Shown: positions 1 through 9,166 of the stretch, in pieces
Numbering within the stretch: position 1 is the stretch's first letter
How the letters are laid out: every line of letters begins with the position of its first letter
From: a virus
Virus record (IMG/VR): IMGVR_UViG_3300021963_000013
Length of the DNA stretch: 34,877 bases
Strand: one strand, 5' to 3'
Notes under the pieces: generated by a model
The model's input: the letters and a program-made list of their open reading frames with translations, nothing else
What the model was told of the DNA's origin: nothing
Database searches by the model: none
Translations under genes and position numbers: made by a program

Positions 1-2
1 AT

Positions 3-998
3 GAGAATGGAGCAAAGGCTATTAATGCTTTAATTGGTTTAATTAATAAAATCCCTGGCGTTAATATCGATGCAAGGTTAGATGAAAAGTTTGCAGACAA
101 TGCTTCTGACTATGTAGCTAAATTAATATTCGACCCTGCTGAAGTAAAAGCAGAGGGAGAGAAAACGGTTAAAGAAGCCGAAACAACTTTGCTTAATTTA
201 AAAAATCAAAGAGCAGGTTTTCAAAACCAAATAAATGGAATTGACAAACAATCTGCAAAAGATTCTTTATTAACAGAGGAAGAAAAAAACAAAAAGCTGG
301 AAGAGTTAAACAAAAAATACAACGAGGATTTAGCTAAAACAGAAACCGACATTGATTTAACCGACTTACAAAAAGCTCAAGACAAAATAAATTTAGATGC
401 TAAATTAAAAGAAGACCAAATAGCGTTAGAAGAACAATTTCAATTAAAAATAGCGCAATTAAATTATGATAGTATAGATGCTATTGAGGAAAGAGAAAGA
501 GAGGCATCCGAAAGAAAAAGAATTTTAAGAGAACAAGAATTAGCCTTAGCAGGTGAGACGTTCGGTAAAATTGCAAACTTATTAGGTAAAAATAGTAAAA
601 TAGGGAAAGCCTTTGCCGTAGGTCAAGCGTTAATAAATACCTATCAAGGTATAACGGCAGAGTTAGCGACAAAAGCGGTTACACCTTACGAAATAGGGTT
701 AAAAGTTGCTAATATAGCTTTCGTAGCTTCAACGGGTTTCAAAGCGGTTAAAAATATTTTATCGACTAACCCGATGTCAAGCGGTGGCGGTGCTTCAAGT
801 TCTGGCGGTGCTTCAAGTGGTGGCGGTGGCGGTACAACCCCTCAATTCAATTTAGTAGGTCAAAGTTCAACTAACCAATTAACGGCAACAATAGCAGGGC
901 AACAAAACAGACCCGTGCAAACATTTGTTGTAGGTAGTCAAGTTAGCACACAACAAGCGTTAGACAGAAATGCCGTAGCGAATTCAGTATTCGGTTAA
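3..998 (+). CDS. tail tape measure protein, 3' portion (continues from 33870..34750 across the circular junction)
   Basis: Frame is open from nt 3 and continuous with the open frame at the window end through the duplicated 127 nt. K/E-rich coiled-coil text, a Gly/Ser tract and a hydrophobic 'GKAFAVGQALINTYQGITAEL' segment are typical of tape measure proteins. Confidence 0.7.
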   Translation, partial: ENGAKAINALIGLINKIPGVNIDARLDEKFADNASDYVAKLIFDPAEVKAEGEKTVKEAETTLLNLKNQRAGFQNQINGIDKQSAKDSLLTEEEKNKKLEELNKKYNEDLAKTETDIDLTDLQKAQDKINLDAKLKEDQIALEEQFQLKIAQLNYDSIDAIEEREREASERKRILREQELALAGETFGKIANLLGKNSKIGKAFAVGQALINTYQGITAELATKAVTPYEIGLKVANIAFVASTGFKAVKNILSTNPMSSGGGASSSGGASSGGGGGTTPQFNLVGQSSTNQLTATIAGQQNRPVQTFVVGSQVSTQQALDRNAVANSVFG

Positions 999-1003
999 AA
1001 AAA

Positions 1004-1031
1004 ACGACAAAATTTAATTAATACGTTATAT
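1004..1031 (+). promoter_or_regulatory. late-gene upstream cassette copy 1 (ACGACAAAAT-N10-CGTTATAT, 4 nt before the ATG)
   Basis: Aligns column for column with copies at 3713..3740 and 28247..28274. Spacing to the start codon is identical. Confidence 0.4.
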
Positions 1032-1035
1032 AGAT

Positions 1036-2160
1036 ATGAGAGTATACGAGCTATTTATTAATGATGAAATGAAAGACGGCTTAGATGCCATTTCTGTAGT
1101 TGGTAGTCCCGCAATGGAAAGCCAATTTGTAGCACTCAAAAAAGAAGAAAAAAAACAAACTTTTGCTAAAGTAGACGATAAAAAGAAAATATTATTAGGG
1201 GTTATAATGAAGCCTAACAAAAAGATTTACCGTTACGACGAAACAAGCAAAGAAGAGTACGAGGTTTTTTTTAGTGAGCAAACCGTAAAACGTGCAAGTG
1301 AGTTGTATTTCAAAAACAACAAACAAAGAAACTTTAACGTAGAGCATAATTCGAAAGATGTTTTAGAAGCGTATTTAGTAGAAAGTTGGATTGTTGAAGA
1401 CCCGAAAAAAGATAAGTCTGCGATTTACGGTTTAGATGCCGAAGCGGGTGATTGGGTTGGTGCTATGAAATTCGATAGCGATGAAGAATATAACAAAGCC
1501 TTAGAGAATGGAACGGGTTTCTCTTTAGAAGGCGTGTTTAGTGAGAAAGTAATTTTAAACAAAGTTAGTAATATGGATTTAAACAAAATGAAAGACGAGA
1601 TAGTTAACGAGTTGAAAAGCTTGTTTTCTAAATCTGTCAAATTAGCGCAAGCCAATCTAAAAGAGGGTGCTGGCGTTATTGAATTCGAGGGGGATATGCC
1701 TACAGTTGGCACACCTCTATCGTTGGTAACTCCTGAGGGCACAGTACCCGCCCCTATGGGTGAGTATACCTTAGAGGATGAAACAGTAATTATCGTTGGC
1801 GAAGACGGTAATATTTCAGAGGTTAAAGAAGCTACAACTGAAAAACAACCCCCTGAAGTTGAAGTTGAACAAGCCAAAGAACTAGCACCCACTACGGCAA
1901 TGGATTCAACGGGAGAGTTGAAAGATATGATTTCTTCTATCTTGGTAAAATTTGGGGAAGAATTAAAAGCGGAATTTGCAAGCCAAATCGAAGCTAAATT
2001 TTCTGAAGCTAAACAAGAAGTTGAAACTTTGAAAGTTGAATTAAGCGAGCAACCCGCAGTAACTAAAACAAAGGTTGCACCGATTGAGAAAGAAGTAAAA
2101 ATGGCTACTACGACAAAAGGTCGTTTAGTTGAAAGTTTAAATAATTTAAAAAACAAATAA
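1036..2160 (+). CDS. prohead protease (XkdF-like N-terminal domain) fused to an acidic coiled-coil scaffold-like C-terminal half
   Basis: The N-terminal 'DAISVVGSPAMESQFVALKK' resembles the XkdF/Peptidase_S78_2 family. The C-terminal half is E/K-rich. It lies directly upstream of the capsid gene. Confidence 0.55.
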   Translation: MRVYELFINDEMKDGLDAISVVGSPAMESQFVALKKEEKKQTFAKVDDKKKILLGVIMKPNKKIYRYDETSKEEYEVFFSEQTVKRASELYFKNNKQRNFNVEHNSKDVLEAYLVESWIVEDPKKDKSAIYGLDAEAGDWVGAMKFDSDEEYNKALENGTGFSLEGVFSEKVILNKVSNMDLNKMKDEIVNELKSLFSKSVKLAQANLKEGAGVIEFEGDMPTVGTPLSLVTPEGTVPAPMGEYTLEDETVIIVGEDGNISEVKEATTEKQPPEVEVEQAKELAPTTAMDSTGELKDMISSILVKFGEELKAEFASQIEAKFSEAKQEVETLKVELSEQPAVTKTKVAPIEKEVKMATTTKGRLVESLNNLKNK

Positions 2161-2163
2161 AAA

Positions 2164-3075
2164 ATGGCTACAACAGTAACAGTAAACAGTAACTATAACG
2201 GTACAGTTGCTGGCGAAATAGTAGGTAAGGCATTCAAAGAAGCCGATACTATCGCTAAAGGTTTGGTAACGGTATTACCTAACATTCCCGTAAAAACATC
2301 AATCCGTAAAATCGACTACGGTAACGGAAGACAAGACTTTTCTTGTGGGTTCACTCCTGCGGGTTCAGTAACTTTGGCAGAGGTAGTTCTTGAGCCTAAG
2401 AAAATCAAAAACGAAGCAGAAATTTGTAAAGAAGATTTCAGAAATGTATGGGATACTGCATCGATGGGCTTCTCTGCACACAATGACAATATGCCAGTTG
2501 ATGAAGAGCAAGCGTTATTAGTTGAAATTTTAGCCGATACTGCACAAGCTACTGATTCAGATATTTGGGTTGGAGATGCTACAGATGACGGACACTTTGA
2601 TGGGTTTTTACCTTTATTCTTAGCTGATTCTACAGTTATCGATGTTACCGCTACAACTATTACCGCTTCAAACGTAGTAGCTGAAATGCAAAAAGTTACT
2701 ACTGCCGTTCCTATCGCTTTGAGAAGAAAAACAGATTTAGTTTTTGCAGTATCTCCTGATGTTGCTCAATTCTATAACAACGCTTTGATTACCGCAGGAA
2801 TTAACAACGGTTTAGGCGGTCAAGGTCAAGACTTGTACTTAGGAATGTACAAATTAGAAATTATCAACGGCTTACCTGCTAATACAATGGTAATTTACCA
2901 AAAGAAAAACCTTTATTTCGGTACGGGTCTATTATCTGACCACAACGAAGTACGTATCAAAGATATGGACGAAACCGACTTGAGCGGTACAGTACGTTAC
3001 AAAATGGTATATACTGCGGGTGTTCAGTATGTAAGAGGTAACGAGATTGTATTGTACACTACATTTACAGTTTAA
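2164..3075 (+). CDS. major capsid protein (HK97-fold type)
   Basis: 303 aa, 3 nt after the protease/scaffold gene and followed by a strong terminator. Composition is typical of phage major capsid proteins. Confidence 0.65.
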   Translation: MATTVTVNSNYNGTVAGEIVGKAFKEADTIAKGLVTVLPNIPVKTSIRKIDYGNGRQDFSCGFTPAGSVTLAEVVLEPKKIKNEAEICKEDFRNVWDTASMGFSAHNDNMPVDEEQALLVEILADTAQATDSDIWVGDATDDGHFDGFLPLFLADSTVIDVTATTITASNVVAEMQKVTTAVPIALRRKTDLVFAVSPDVAQFYNNALITAGINNGLGGQGQDLYLGMYKLEIINGLPANTMVIYQKKNLYFGTGLLSDHNEVRIKDMDETDLSGTVRYKMVYTAGVQYVRGNEIVLYTTFTV

Positions 3076-3084
3076 TAATAACTT

Positions 3085-3111
3085 AACCGCCTCTTAATTG
3101 GGGCGGTTTTT
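3085..3111 (+). terminator. rho-independent terminator after the capsid gene
   Basis: AACCGCC (3085-3091) pairs with GGCGGTT (3102-3108), followed by a T-run. Confidence 0.7.
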
Positions 3112-3125
3112 AAAACAACATATAT

Positions 3126-3659
3126 ATGGCTTGTGATTTTATAACCAGCGGTAGACTGTTAGAGTGTAAGAACTTTACGGGCGGTTTGAAAAATGCTTAT
3201 TTTGCGCCTTTTGCAAATTACGGATTTACTACAACCTCTTCGGAACTTACTTCTATCGGGACACTTGACGAGGTATTTAAATTTGAATTAAAAAATACGG
3301 GCAACGTACCTACAGAAACAGAAACCGCTTCGAGAGATAACGGGACTATTTTCTACGATGCTACTATTGAATTGGTATTAACGGGATTGAGTGCGCCTTT
3401 AGTAAATCAGGCAAAACTTTTGAGCCGTGACAGAATGGTTTTATTTTTAGAAGATAACAACGGTTTGGTACACTGTTTTGGTATTGCTAACGGTGTAGAC
3501 AAAACAACGGGAACGAGAGAGATTGCAGGTGATTTAGGCGGGTTCTACGGACTTAAAATGACTTTTCAAAGTCTTGAGCCTGATACTGCACCAATCTTAT
3601 CAAGTTCGGCTAAAACATCGTTATTAGCGATTGTTTCAAGTGTTTACGTGAATGACTAA
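3126..3659 (+). CDS. putative major tail (tube) protein
   Basis: 177 aa, bracketed by two terminators, which suggests a highly expressed monocistron. Beta-rich, structural-looking sequence. The function is a guess. Confidence 0.35.
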   Translation: MACDFITSGRLLECKNFTGGLKNAYFAPFANYGFTTTSSELTSIGTLDEVFKFELKNTGNVPTETETASRDNGTIFYDATIELVLTGLSAPLVNQAKLLSRDRMVLFLEDNNGLVHCFGIANGVDKTTGTREIAGDLGGFYGLKMTFQSLEPDTAPILSSSAKTSLLAIVSSVYVND

Positions 3660-3680
3660 TCTTTAAAAGAAAGAAACATT

Positions 3681-3707
3681 AAACCCGTCTACTAAGGCGG
3701 GTTTTTT
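3681..3707 (+). terminator. rho-independent terminator
   Basis: AAACCCG (3681-3687) pairs with CGGGTTT (3698-3704); the T-run extends to 3707. Confidence 0.7.
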
Positions 3708-3712
3708 GTTTT

Positions 3713-3740
3713 AATACAAAACACAATTTTATCGTTATTA
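3713..3740 (+). promoter_or_regulatory. late-gene upstream cassette copy 2 (AATACAAAAC-N10-CGTTATTA, 4 nt before the ATG)
   Basis: Same motif and spacing as 1004..1031 and 28247..28274. Confidence 0.4.
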
Positions 3741-3744
3741 TAAT

Positions 3745-4047
3745 ATGACAATCTTACGACCAGCACTTACTCCGCAAACAATAACAATTATACCACGTTA
3801 TAACGTACCGTATATTACTGTTATTTTATTAAACGAAGAAACGCAAGTTCTTAATCAATACGAAATAGAAGACTTAGTTTATTTAAACGGTTATTTAACA
3901 ATTCGATTTGACTTTGAATGTTTAGAGGGTCAAAGTTTCAATTTAGAAATAAAAGACGGTGATAATGTTTTATTTCGTGGCAAAGCCTTTGCGACCGATG
4001 AGGAAGATTTAGAGAATTACAAATTAAGTAAAAATTTACTACAATGA
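3745..4047 (+). CDS. hypothetical structural protein
   Basis: 100-aa ORF whose stop overlaps the portal start in an ATGA. Confidence 0.5.
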   Translation: MTILRPALTPQTITIIPRYNVPYITVILLNEETQVLNQYEIEDLVYLNGYLTIRFDFECLEGQSFNLEIKDGDNVLFRGKAFATDEEDLENYKLSKNLLQ

Positions 4048-5690
4048 GCGATATAAGAATAGTTAATTTATCTTCACACCAAAGTCCCGAATTTATGCCG
4101 TTTGTTTCAAATGGTAAGGGATATGTTTTGAATGGTAAAGACAATAAAAATTATCAATACGTTATTGATAGATATAAATACAGTCCAACAAATGCGACTA
4201 TTATAGATAGCTATTCTAACTATATTTACGGTAAAGGTTTAACGGCTAAATATAGAGCTGATAACGCTAATCAATTTGCAGAAGTTTTAAAACTTATTTC
4301 TAAAAAAGAATTAAAGAAAATCGTTAAAGATTACGCAGTTTTTCACGAAGCGAGTGTAGAGGTTATTTTAGGAAAATCAGGTAATAAAATTGTAGAGGTT
4401 AACCACTTACCAAAAAATAAAGTAGTACCTAATAAAGTAGACGATGAGGGCGAAATTGGTTCGTATTGGTTTAGTTACGATTGGAGTGATTTAAGAAAAT
4501 ATCCCGCTCAAGAAATACCCGCTTTCACAAAAAACACTACAGAAAAAAGAACGGTATTTATATTTAAAGAGTATAATATCGATGAATTTTATTTTGCAAG
4601 ACCGTCTTACTTTAGCGGTTTAAACTATGCAGAGTTAGAGGAAGAAATTTCTATTTATTGCGTTAACCATATTAAAAACGGTTTAAGTGCAGGACACATT
4701 ATAAACTTTAACGATGGCGAAGCAGACCATGAGGTTAAAGATGCAATAGAGCGCAATATAGACCGTAAATTAGCGGGTGCAACTAATAGCGGTAAAAGAA
4801 TATTATCGTTTAATTCAAACAAGGAAAACGCTACTACAGTTGAAGCAATAGAGATAAGCGATGCACATCAACAATATCAATTTTTAAGCGAGGAAGCACG
4901 TAGGCAATTAATGGTAGCGCACAAGGTTACAAGCCCGATACTTTTTGGAATTAAAGATAATACGGGTTTTGGTAACAATGCGAACGAAATGACAACGGCT
5001 TATGATGAGTTAATGATGAACGTTATTCAACCAATGCAGGAAGTTATTTTAGACGGTTTAATGGAATTACTAAACCAAAACGGTATAAGTTTAGAGTTGG
5101 AGTTCATACCATTAAGACCTAAAGTTATTGAGCCAACTATTACGGCTTTATCAGAGCAAAAAAAAAAGATAGGTAGCGAGTTAATCGAATTAGGAGAAGA
5201 CGAAGACTTATCGGAATACGAGTTGATAGAATGCAAACCCGTAGACTACGAAGAAGAAGAAAAACTAACTTATAAATTTGCAAGTACGGGAACGGCAAAC
5301 CCTAACCGTAAAAGTATTTACGACAATGATTTTTACATTTTTCGTTATAGATATGCAGGAAATCCAAACCCCGAAAGAGAGTTTTGTAAAAATATGATGT
5401 CCGCTAATAAAATTTACAGACGAGAGGATATCGAAGCAATGGGCGAAGTAACTGTAAATGCAGGTTTTGGAATGCACCCTACACCAAATAAGCCTTATTC
5501 TATTTGGAAATATAAAGGCGGTGGGTTATTAAGTGCAGAATTCACGGGCGGAACGTGTAAACATTATTGGGAAAAATTAACATACAAGAAAAAAGATGTT
5601 AAAATTGACCCTAAATCACCGATTGCAATAGACGAAGCAAAAAAAGATAGAGCATCAGGAATAGCGGGAATAGCACCGCACGACATTTAA
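4044..5690 (+). CDS. portal protein with a Cys/His-containing C-terminal extension
   Basis: 548 aa. The N-terminal 'SPTNATIIDSYSNYIYGKGL' resembles portal N-termini of Bacteroidota phages. Size and head-module position fit a portal. Confidence 0.55.
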   Translation: MSDIRIVNLSSHQSPEFMPFVSNGKGYVLNGKDNKNYQYVIDRYKYSPTNATIIDSYSNYIYGKGLTAKYRADNANQFAEVLKLISKKELKKIVKDYAVFHEASVEVILGKSGNKIVEVNHLPKNKVVPNKVDDEGEIGSYWFSYDWSDLRKYPAQEIPAFTKNTTEKRTVFIFKEYNIDEFYFARPSYFSGLNYAELEEEISIYCVNHIKNGLSAGHIINFNDGEADHEVKDAIERNIDRKLAGATNSGKRILSFNSNKENATTVEAIEISDAHQQYQFLSEEARRQLMVAHKVTSPILFGIKDNTGFGNNANEMTTAYDELMMNVIQPMQEVILDGLMELLNQNGISLELEFIPLRPKVIEPTITALSEQKKKIGSELIELGEDEDLSEYELIECKPVDYEEEEKLTYKFASTGTANPNRKSIYDNDFYIFRYRYAGNPNPEREFCKNMMSANKIYRREDIEAMGEVTVNAGFGMHPTPNKPYSIWKYKGGGLLSAEFTGGTCKHYWEKLTYKKKDVKIDPKSPIAIDEAKKDRASGIAGIAPHDI

Positions 5691-5704
5691 TAATAAATTA
5701 AGAT

Positions 5705-6238
5705 ATGAAAGCGATAATAAGAGCCGTAGATATTGCAAAATATACCCCGATTGGTGGCAATGTAGATATAGACAAATTTTTACCCTGCGTTTTGGATGCG
5801 CAGATTACAGATTTAGAGCCGTTATTGGGTGAAAGTCTATACAATAAAATAGCTACAGACTACGAAGCTAATACCTTATCGGGTTTATATTTGACTTTAT
5901 ACAAAGACTATATCAAACCGTTTTTAATTCACGCAAGCGCAAAGAATTATTTTCTTATCGGTGCTTACCAAATTAACAACGGGGGTATAATGAAACATAC
6001 AACCGAGAATAGCGAAAGTATTTCTAAAAGCGAAATAGACTATTTATATACTAACCAACGTAGCAAATGCGAAGTATATGCCCAACGTATGAAAAAATGG
6101 CTTGTACGCAATCGTATTGACGAATATTATGACTTTAACGAGGTAGTACCTAAACGAGGTGTAAATTACGGCAGTTGGTATTTTGGCGGTGGCTCAAGTT
6201 GTGGTAACGAACAAATCGATACGTATGGACAAGACTAA
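5705..6238 (+). CDS. hypothetical protein (head completion/connector candidate)
   Basis: 177-aa ORF immediately after the portal gene. No motif recognised. Confidence 0.4.
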   Translation: MKAIIRAVDIAKYTPIGGNVDIDKFLPCVLDAQITDLEPLLGESLYNKIATDYEANTLSGLYLTLYKDYIKPFLIHASAKNYFLIGAYQINNGGIMKHTTENSESISKSEIDYLYTNQRSKCEVYAQRMKKWLVRNRIDEYYDFNEVVPKRGVNYGSWYFGGGSSCGNEQIDTYGQD

Positions 6239-6306
6239 AAAGCCTAATAAACCGAGATTGGTTAACGAAAAAAAATTACAAATATTTTTAGCAAAATTCA
6301 AAAAAG

Positions 6307-7377
6307 ATGCCAAGACAAACAATTAATATCGGAAGTGCGCCAAATGACGGGACGGGTGACCCGTTAAGAAATGCCTATGATAAATGCAACGATAATTTTT
6401 TGGAATTATACGAAGAGGGCGGTGATAATATTACAGTTACAGACCCTACAACTTCAGCTGATGCAACGTTAAACGATGCTTTGCAAAATGTACTCGATGC
6501 GGGTGGCGGTGGCGGTGGCGGTGGCGCAGTAGATTCTGTAAACGGACAAACGGGCGTTGTATCTGTAAATTTAAACAGCGTATTGACAGAGGGAGCAAAA
6601 GCCACAGATAAGACTATTGAATTAAATAGCGCAAGTTCAGACGATGTAATTTTACTTGATGCGCCAAGTCAAACAATGGGAGTTGTAAATCCTGCTACGG
6701 GGGATTCATCAGCGGTAAAAAGTAGTTTTATACAATCGGTTAATTTAACAACTGGAGAAAATGTCAGTCTTTACAAAGATAAGATAAGAAGAGCAAAAGG
6801 CGGGTTTTCATCTGATTTAGTATTTACAGACCCAACCGCAAACAGAACGATAACTTTCAAAGACGAAAGCGGAACGGTAGCTTTACTTACAGATGTTCCT
6901 ACATTAAGCTATAGACCTTATCGATTTGTAGATGCAACACAAACTACTTATTTAGGGGCGGTTATTGGCTTATCTGAAACACCAGTAGCACAAACAACTA
7001 TTTTAGGTAGCACATTTAATAGTTCAGATTTAATGAAAATTCTTTTTAGAGTAACTAAAGGAGCAACTTCTGCTGGTGTAAATATGAGAATTAGAGTAAA
7101 TACAACAAATAATTTAGGAACTGCTACACAAATTGGAATATTAACTTTAGGTGCGGTCAGTACTTATGGTTTAATAAATAGAAATATTAACTTATTTGGT
7201 GGAAACGCATACAACTATAATTCTGCAAGCACATTGGCTTCTGACATCTTATTGACTAATACTGCGGGAACATCTTTCACTTATAATACTGCAAATGATT
7301 TATATGTATTTTTCACAATACAATTAGGTAACGTGTTAGATTCCGCAACATTCCAATTCGCAAATATCACAAATTAA
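6307..7377 (+). CDS. tail fibre / receptor-binding protein
   Basis: The N-terminal 'INIGSAPNDGTGDPLRNAYDKCNDNF' is a conserved tail-fibre N-terminal motif. It has a Gly8 linker and a Ser/Thr/Asn-rich C-terminal domain. Confidence 0.55.
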   Translation: MPRQTINIGSAPNDGTGDPLRNAYDKCNDNFLELYEEGGDNITVTDPTTSADATLNDALQNVLDAGGGGGGGGAVDSVNGQTGVVSVNLNSVLTEGAKATDKTIELNSASSDDVILLDAPSQTMGVVNPATGDSSAVKSSFIQSVNLTTGENVSLYKDKIRRAKGGFSSDLVFTDPTANRTITFKDESGTVALLTDVPTLSYRPYRFVDATQTTYLGAVIGLSETPVAQTTILGSTFNSSDLMKILFRVTKGATSAGVNMRIRVNTTNNLGTATQIGILTLGAVSTYGLINRNINLFGGNAYNYNSASTLASDILLTNTAGTSFTYNTANDLYVFFTIQLGNVLDSATFQFANITN

Positions 7378-7378
7378 T

Positions 7379-7816
7379 ATGAAAACAGTAATAAACAAAC
7401 AATCGGGAAAGGTCTTGTTTGCAAGTGCAAATTTTGAAGATACAGAAACAGAAATAGGTATTGATGAAATTTTAACAGAGTTTTTTATACTTCCTTATTT
7501 TAACCAAGAAACGGGAGATTTTTACGAAGGTGCAAACCAAGAAGAAATTGCAGAATATCAAAAGAGTTTAGTTCCTCAAGTAATTACACGGAGACAATTC
7601 AAAATCGCTTTGGCTATATTGGGTAAAAATGAAACTGATATTTTAAACGGAATAAACCAACTTCCTGAGCCTACGAAAACAATCGCTTTAATAAGTTACA
7701 CCGAAGCGGGAACTTTTGAGCGTACAAATCCCGAATTAATATTTGTTGGTAAAACATTTTTGCAAATGACAGACGAGCAAATCGATAATATTTTTATAGT
7801 TGGAAATCAATATTAG
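7379..7816 (+). CDS. hypothetical protein (fibre-associated?)
   Basis: 145-aa ORF starting 1 nt after the fibre gene. Confidence 0.45.
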   Translation: MKTVINKQSGKVLFASANFEDTETEIGIDEILTEFFILPYFNQETGDFYEGANQEEIAEYQKSLVPQVITRRQFKIALAILGKNETDILNGINQLPEPTKTIALISYTEAGTFERTNPELIFVGKTFLQMTDEQIDNIFIVGNQY

Positions 7817-7823
7817 ATTAAGT

Positions 7824-8168
7824 ATGGGTTTACTTTTATTTTTTATTGCGGTTATTTTATTTATTCCGCTTTCGGTAATAAACTTTTTTTGTGTGCTTTA
7901 TAAATATAGTATTAATTGGAAAACTATAAACGGTTTTTTTCATCAAACTGCGATTGATATAGACAGATTCGGAAACAGAAATTTTAGAACGCTTTTAAAT
8001 TTAACGTTACAAAATAATGGTTACCAATTTGGGAATATTAATGAAACGATTTCAAGTGCTTTAGGTAAAAACAAAAGAGCTAATACATTAACAAAAGTAG
8101 GGTTTATTCTTTGCTACATTTTAGATAGTTTAGACGAAAATCACTGCATTAAATCAATACAAGAATGA
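7824..8168 (+). CDS. membrane protein, holin candidate
   Basis: The ATG at 7824 gives an N-terminal transmembrane segment 'GLLLFFIAVILFIPLSVINFFCVLY'. Its stop overlaps the next gene in an ATGA, and it lies upstream of the endolysin. The track start at 7800 is a TTG inside the previous gene. Confidence 0.4.
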   Translation: MGLLLFFIAVILFIPLSVINFFCVLYKYSINWKTINGFFHQTAIDIDRFGNRNFRTLLNLTLQNNGYQFGNINETISSALGKNKRANTLTKVGFILCYILDSLDENHCIKSIQE

Positions 8169-8671
8169 ATTTTTTTATAGATAATTGGCAATTTTTTATA
8201 GGTAGCTTTAGCGGACTTATTTTATATGTTATAAGGGATAGATATTTAGATAGAATAAATCGTAAAAAAGGTGATGTAGAGGTTAAAAAAGAAGAGTTAG
8301 ATTACGCTAATGAAACGAGGGAATATTTTCTCAATAGAGAGTCGGATTTAAAGGCGGAAAAACAAGAGTTAAAAGACGAACTCAAAATAATTAGAGATGA
8401 ATCAAAAGCCGAAAGACTTTATTACAGAGAAAAGCAAACCGAGTTAAGAACCGCTATTGAGGGTTTACAAACAAAATTTGACAGGATTTCTTTAAATTAT
8501 GCTTTAGAAGTAGAAAAATCGGAGAAATGGATGCAAAAATTCTTTGAGATTGAAAAAGAAAACAAAGCATTGAGTGAGAAATACGCATTTTTAGAGCGTG
8601 ATTATGAGCAGTTGAAAATAGACCATTACCAACTTAAACGTGATTTTGACAAATATAAAAAAGCAAACTAA
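8165..8671 (+). CDS. membrane-anchored coiled-coil protein of the lysis cassette (i-spanin-like or lysis regulator)
   Basis: N-terminal transmembrane segment 'WQFFIGSFSGLILYVI' followed by a long K/E coiled coil. ATGA overlaps on both sides. Confidence 0.45.
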   Translation: MNFFIDNWQFFIGSFSGLILYVIRDRYLDRINRKKGDVEVKKEELDYANETREYFLNRESDLKAEKQELKDELKIIRDESKAERLYYREKQTELRTAIEGLQTKFDRISLNYALEVEKSEKWMQKFFEIEKENKALSEKYAFLERDYEQLKIDHYQLKRDFDKYKKAN

Positions 8672-9120
8672 TGAAACTTTCGCAATCGGGATATGATTTA
8701 ATAAAAGAGTTTGAGGGTTTAAGTTTAAAACCTTACAAATGTAGTGCTGGTGTGCCTACTATTGGTTACGGGTCTACATACTACGAAAACGGTGTTAGAG
8801 TAACTATGAACGATTTACCGATAAGCAAAGACCGTGCTTTTGAGTTATTAAAAATAACCGCTTCACGCTTTGCAATTAAGGTAGAGAATTTACTTAAAAA
8901 ACCCGTTACTCAAAATCAGTTTAACGCTTTGGTATCTTTTGCTTATAACGTTGGTTCGGGTGCTTTGGCTTCGAGTACTTTACTTAAATTAGTAAACATA
9001 AACCCTAACGATGCTATGATAGCGAAAGAGTTTCTTAAATGGAATAAGGCTTCAGGAAAACCAATACAAGGTTTAACCAATAGAAGAATGAAAGAAAGTG
9101 CTTTGTATTTCACTAAATAG
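8671..9120 (+). CDS. endolysin, glycoside hydrolase family 24 (T4/lambda-type lysozyme)
   Basis: 'GYDLIKEFEGLSLKPYKCSAGVPTIGYGST' and 'NQFNALVSFAYNVG' are hallmark GH24 motifs. Confidence 0.85.
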   Translation: MKLSQSGYDLIKEFEGLSLKPYKCSAGVPTIGYGSTYYENGVRVTMNDLPISKDRAFELLKITASRFAIKVENLLKKPVTQNQFNALVSFAYNVGSGALASSTLLKLVNINPNDAMIAKEFLKWNKASGKPIQGLTNRRMKESALYFTK

Positions 9121-9166
9121 ACACGGTAAAGCCTCTTACTTAGTAACGTAACCGTGTATAGAAATA

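Noticed and set aside
1425-2156. A 243-aa minus-strand ORF antisense to the protease/scaffold gene, together with the other antisense track ORFs in the plus arm (481-672, 1026-1220, 3938-4144, 5027-5236, 5265-5477, 6375-6605, 10301-10540, 11231-11485, 11582-11785, 26070-26285, 27007-27219, 28643-28894, 29035-29334, 30605-30814, 32348-32716, 33712-33945).
   Set aside because: Each lies wholly inside a longer sense ORF that has recognisable motifs or tight operon packing. Their sequences are low-complexity (S/T/F/L-rich), as expected from the reverse complement of K/E-rich AT-rich coding sequence. None has a promoter or gene-spacing context.
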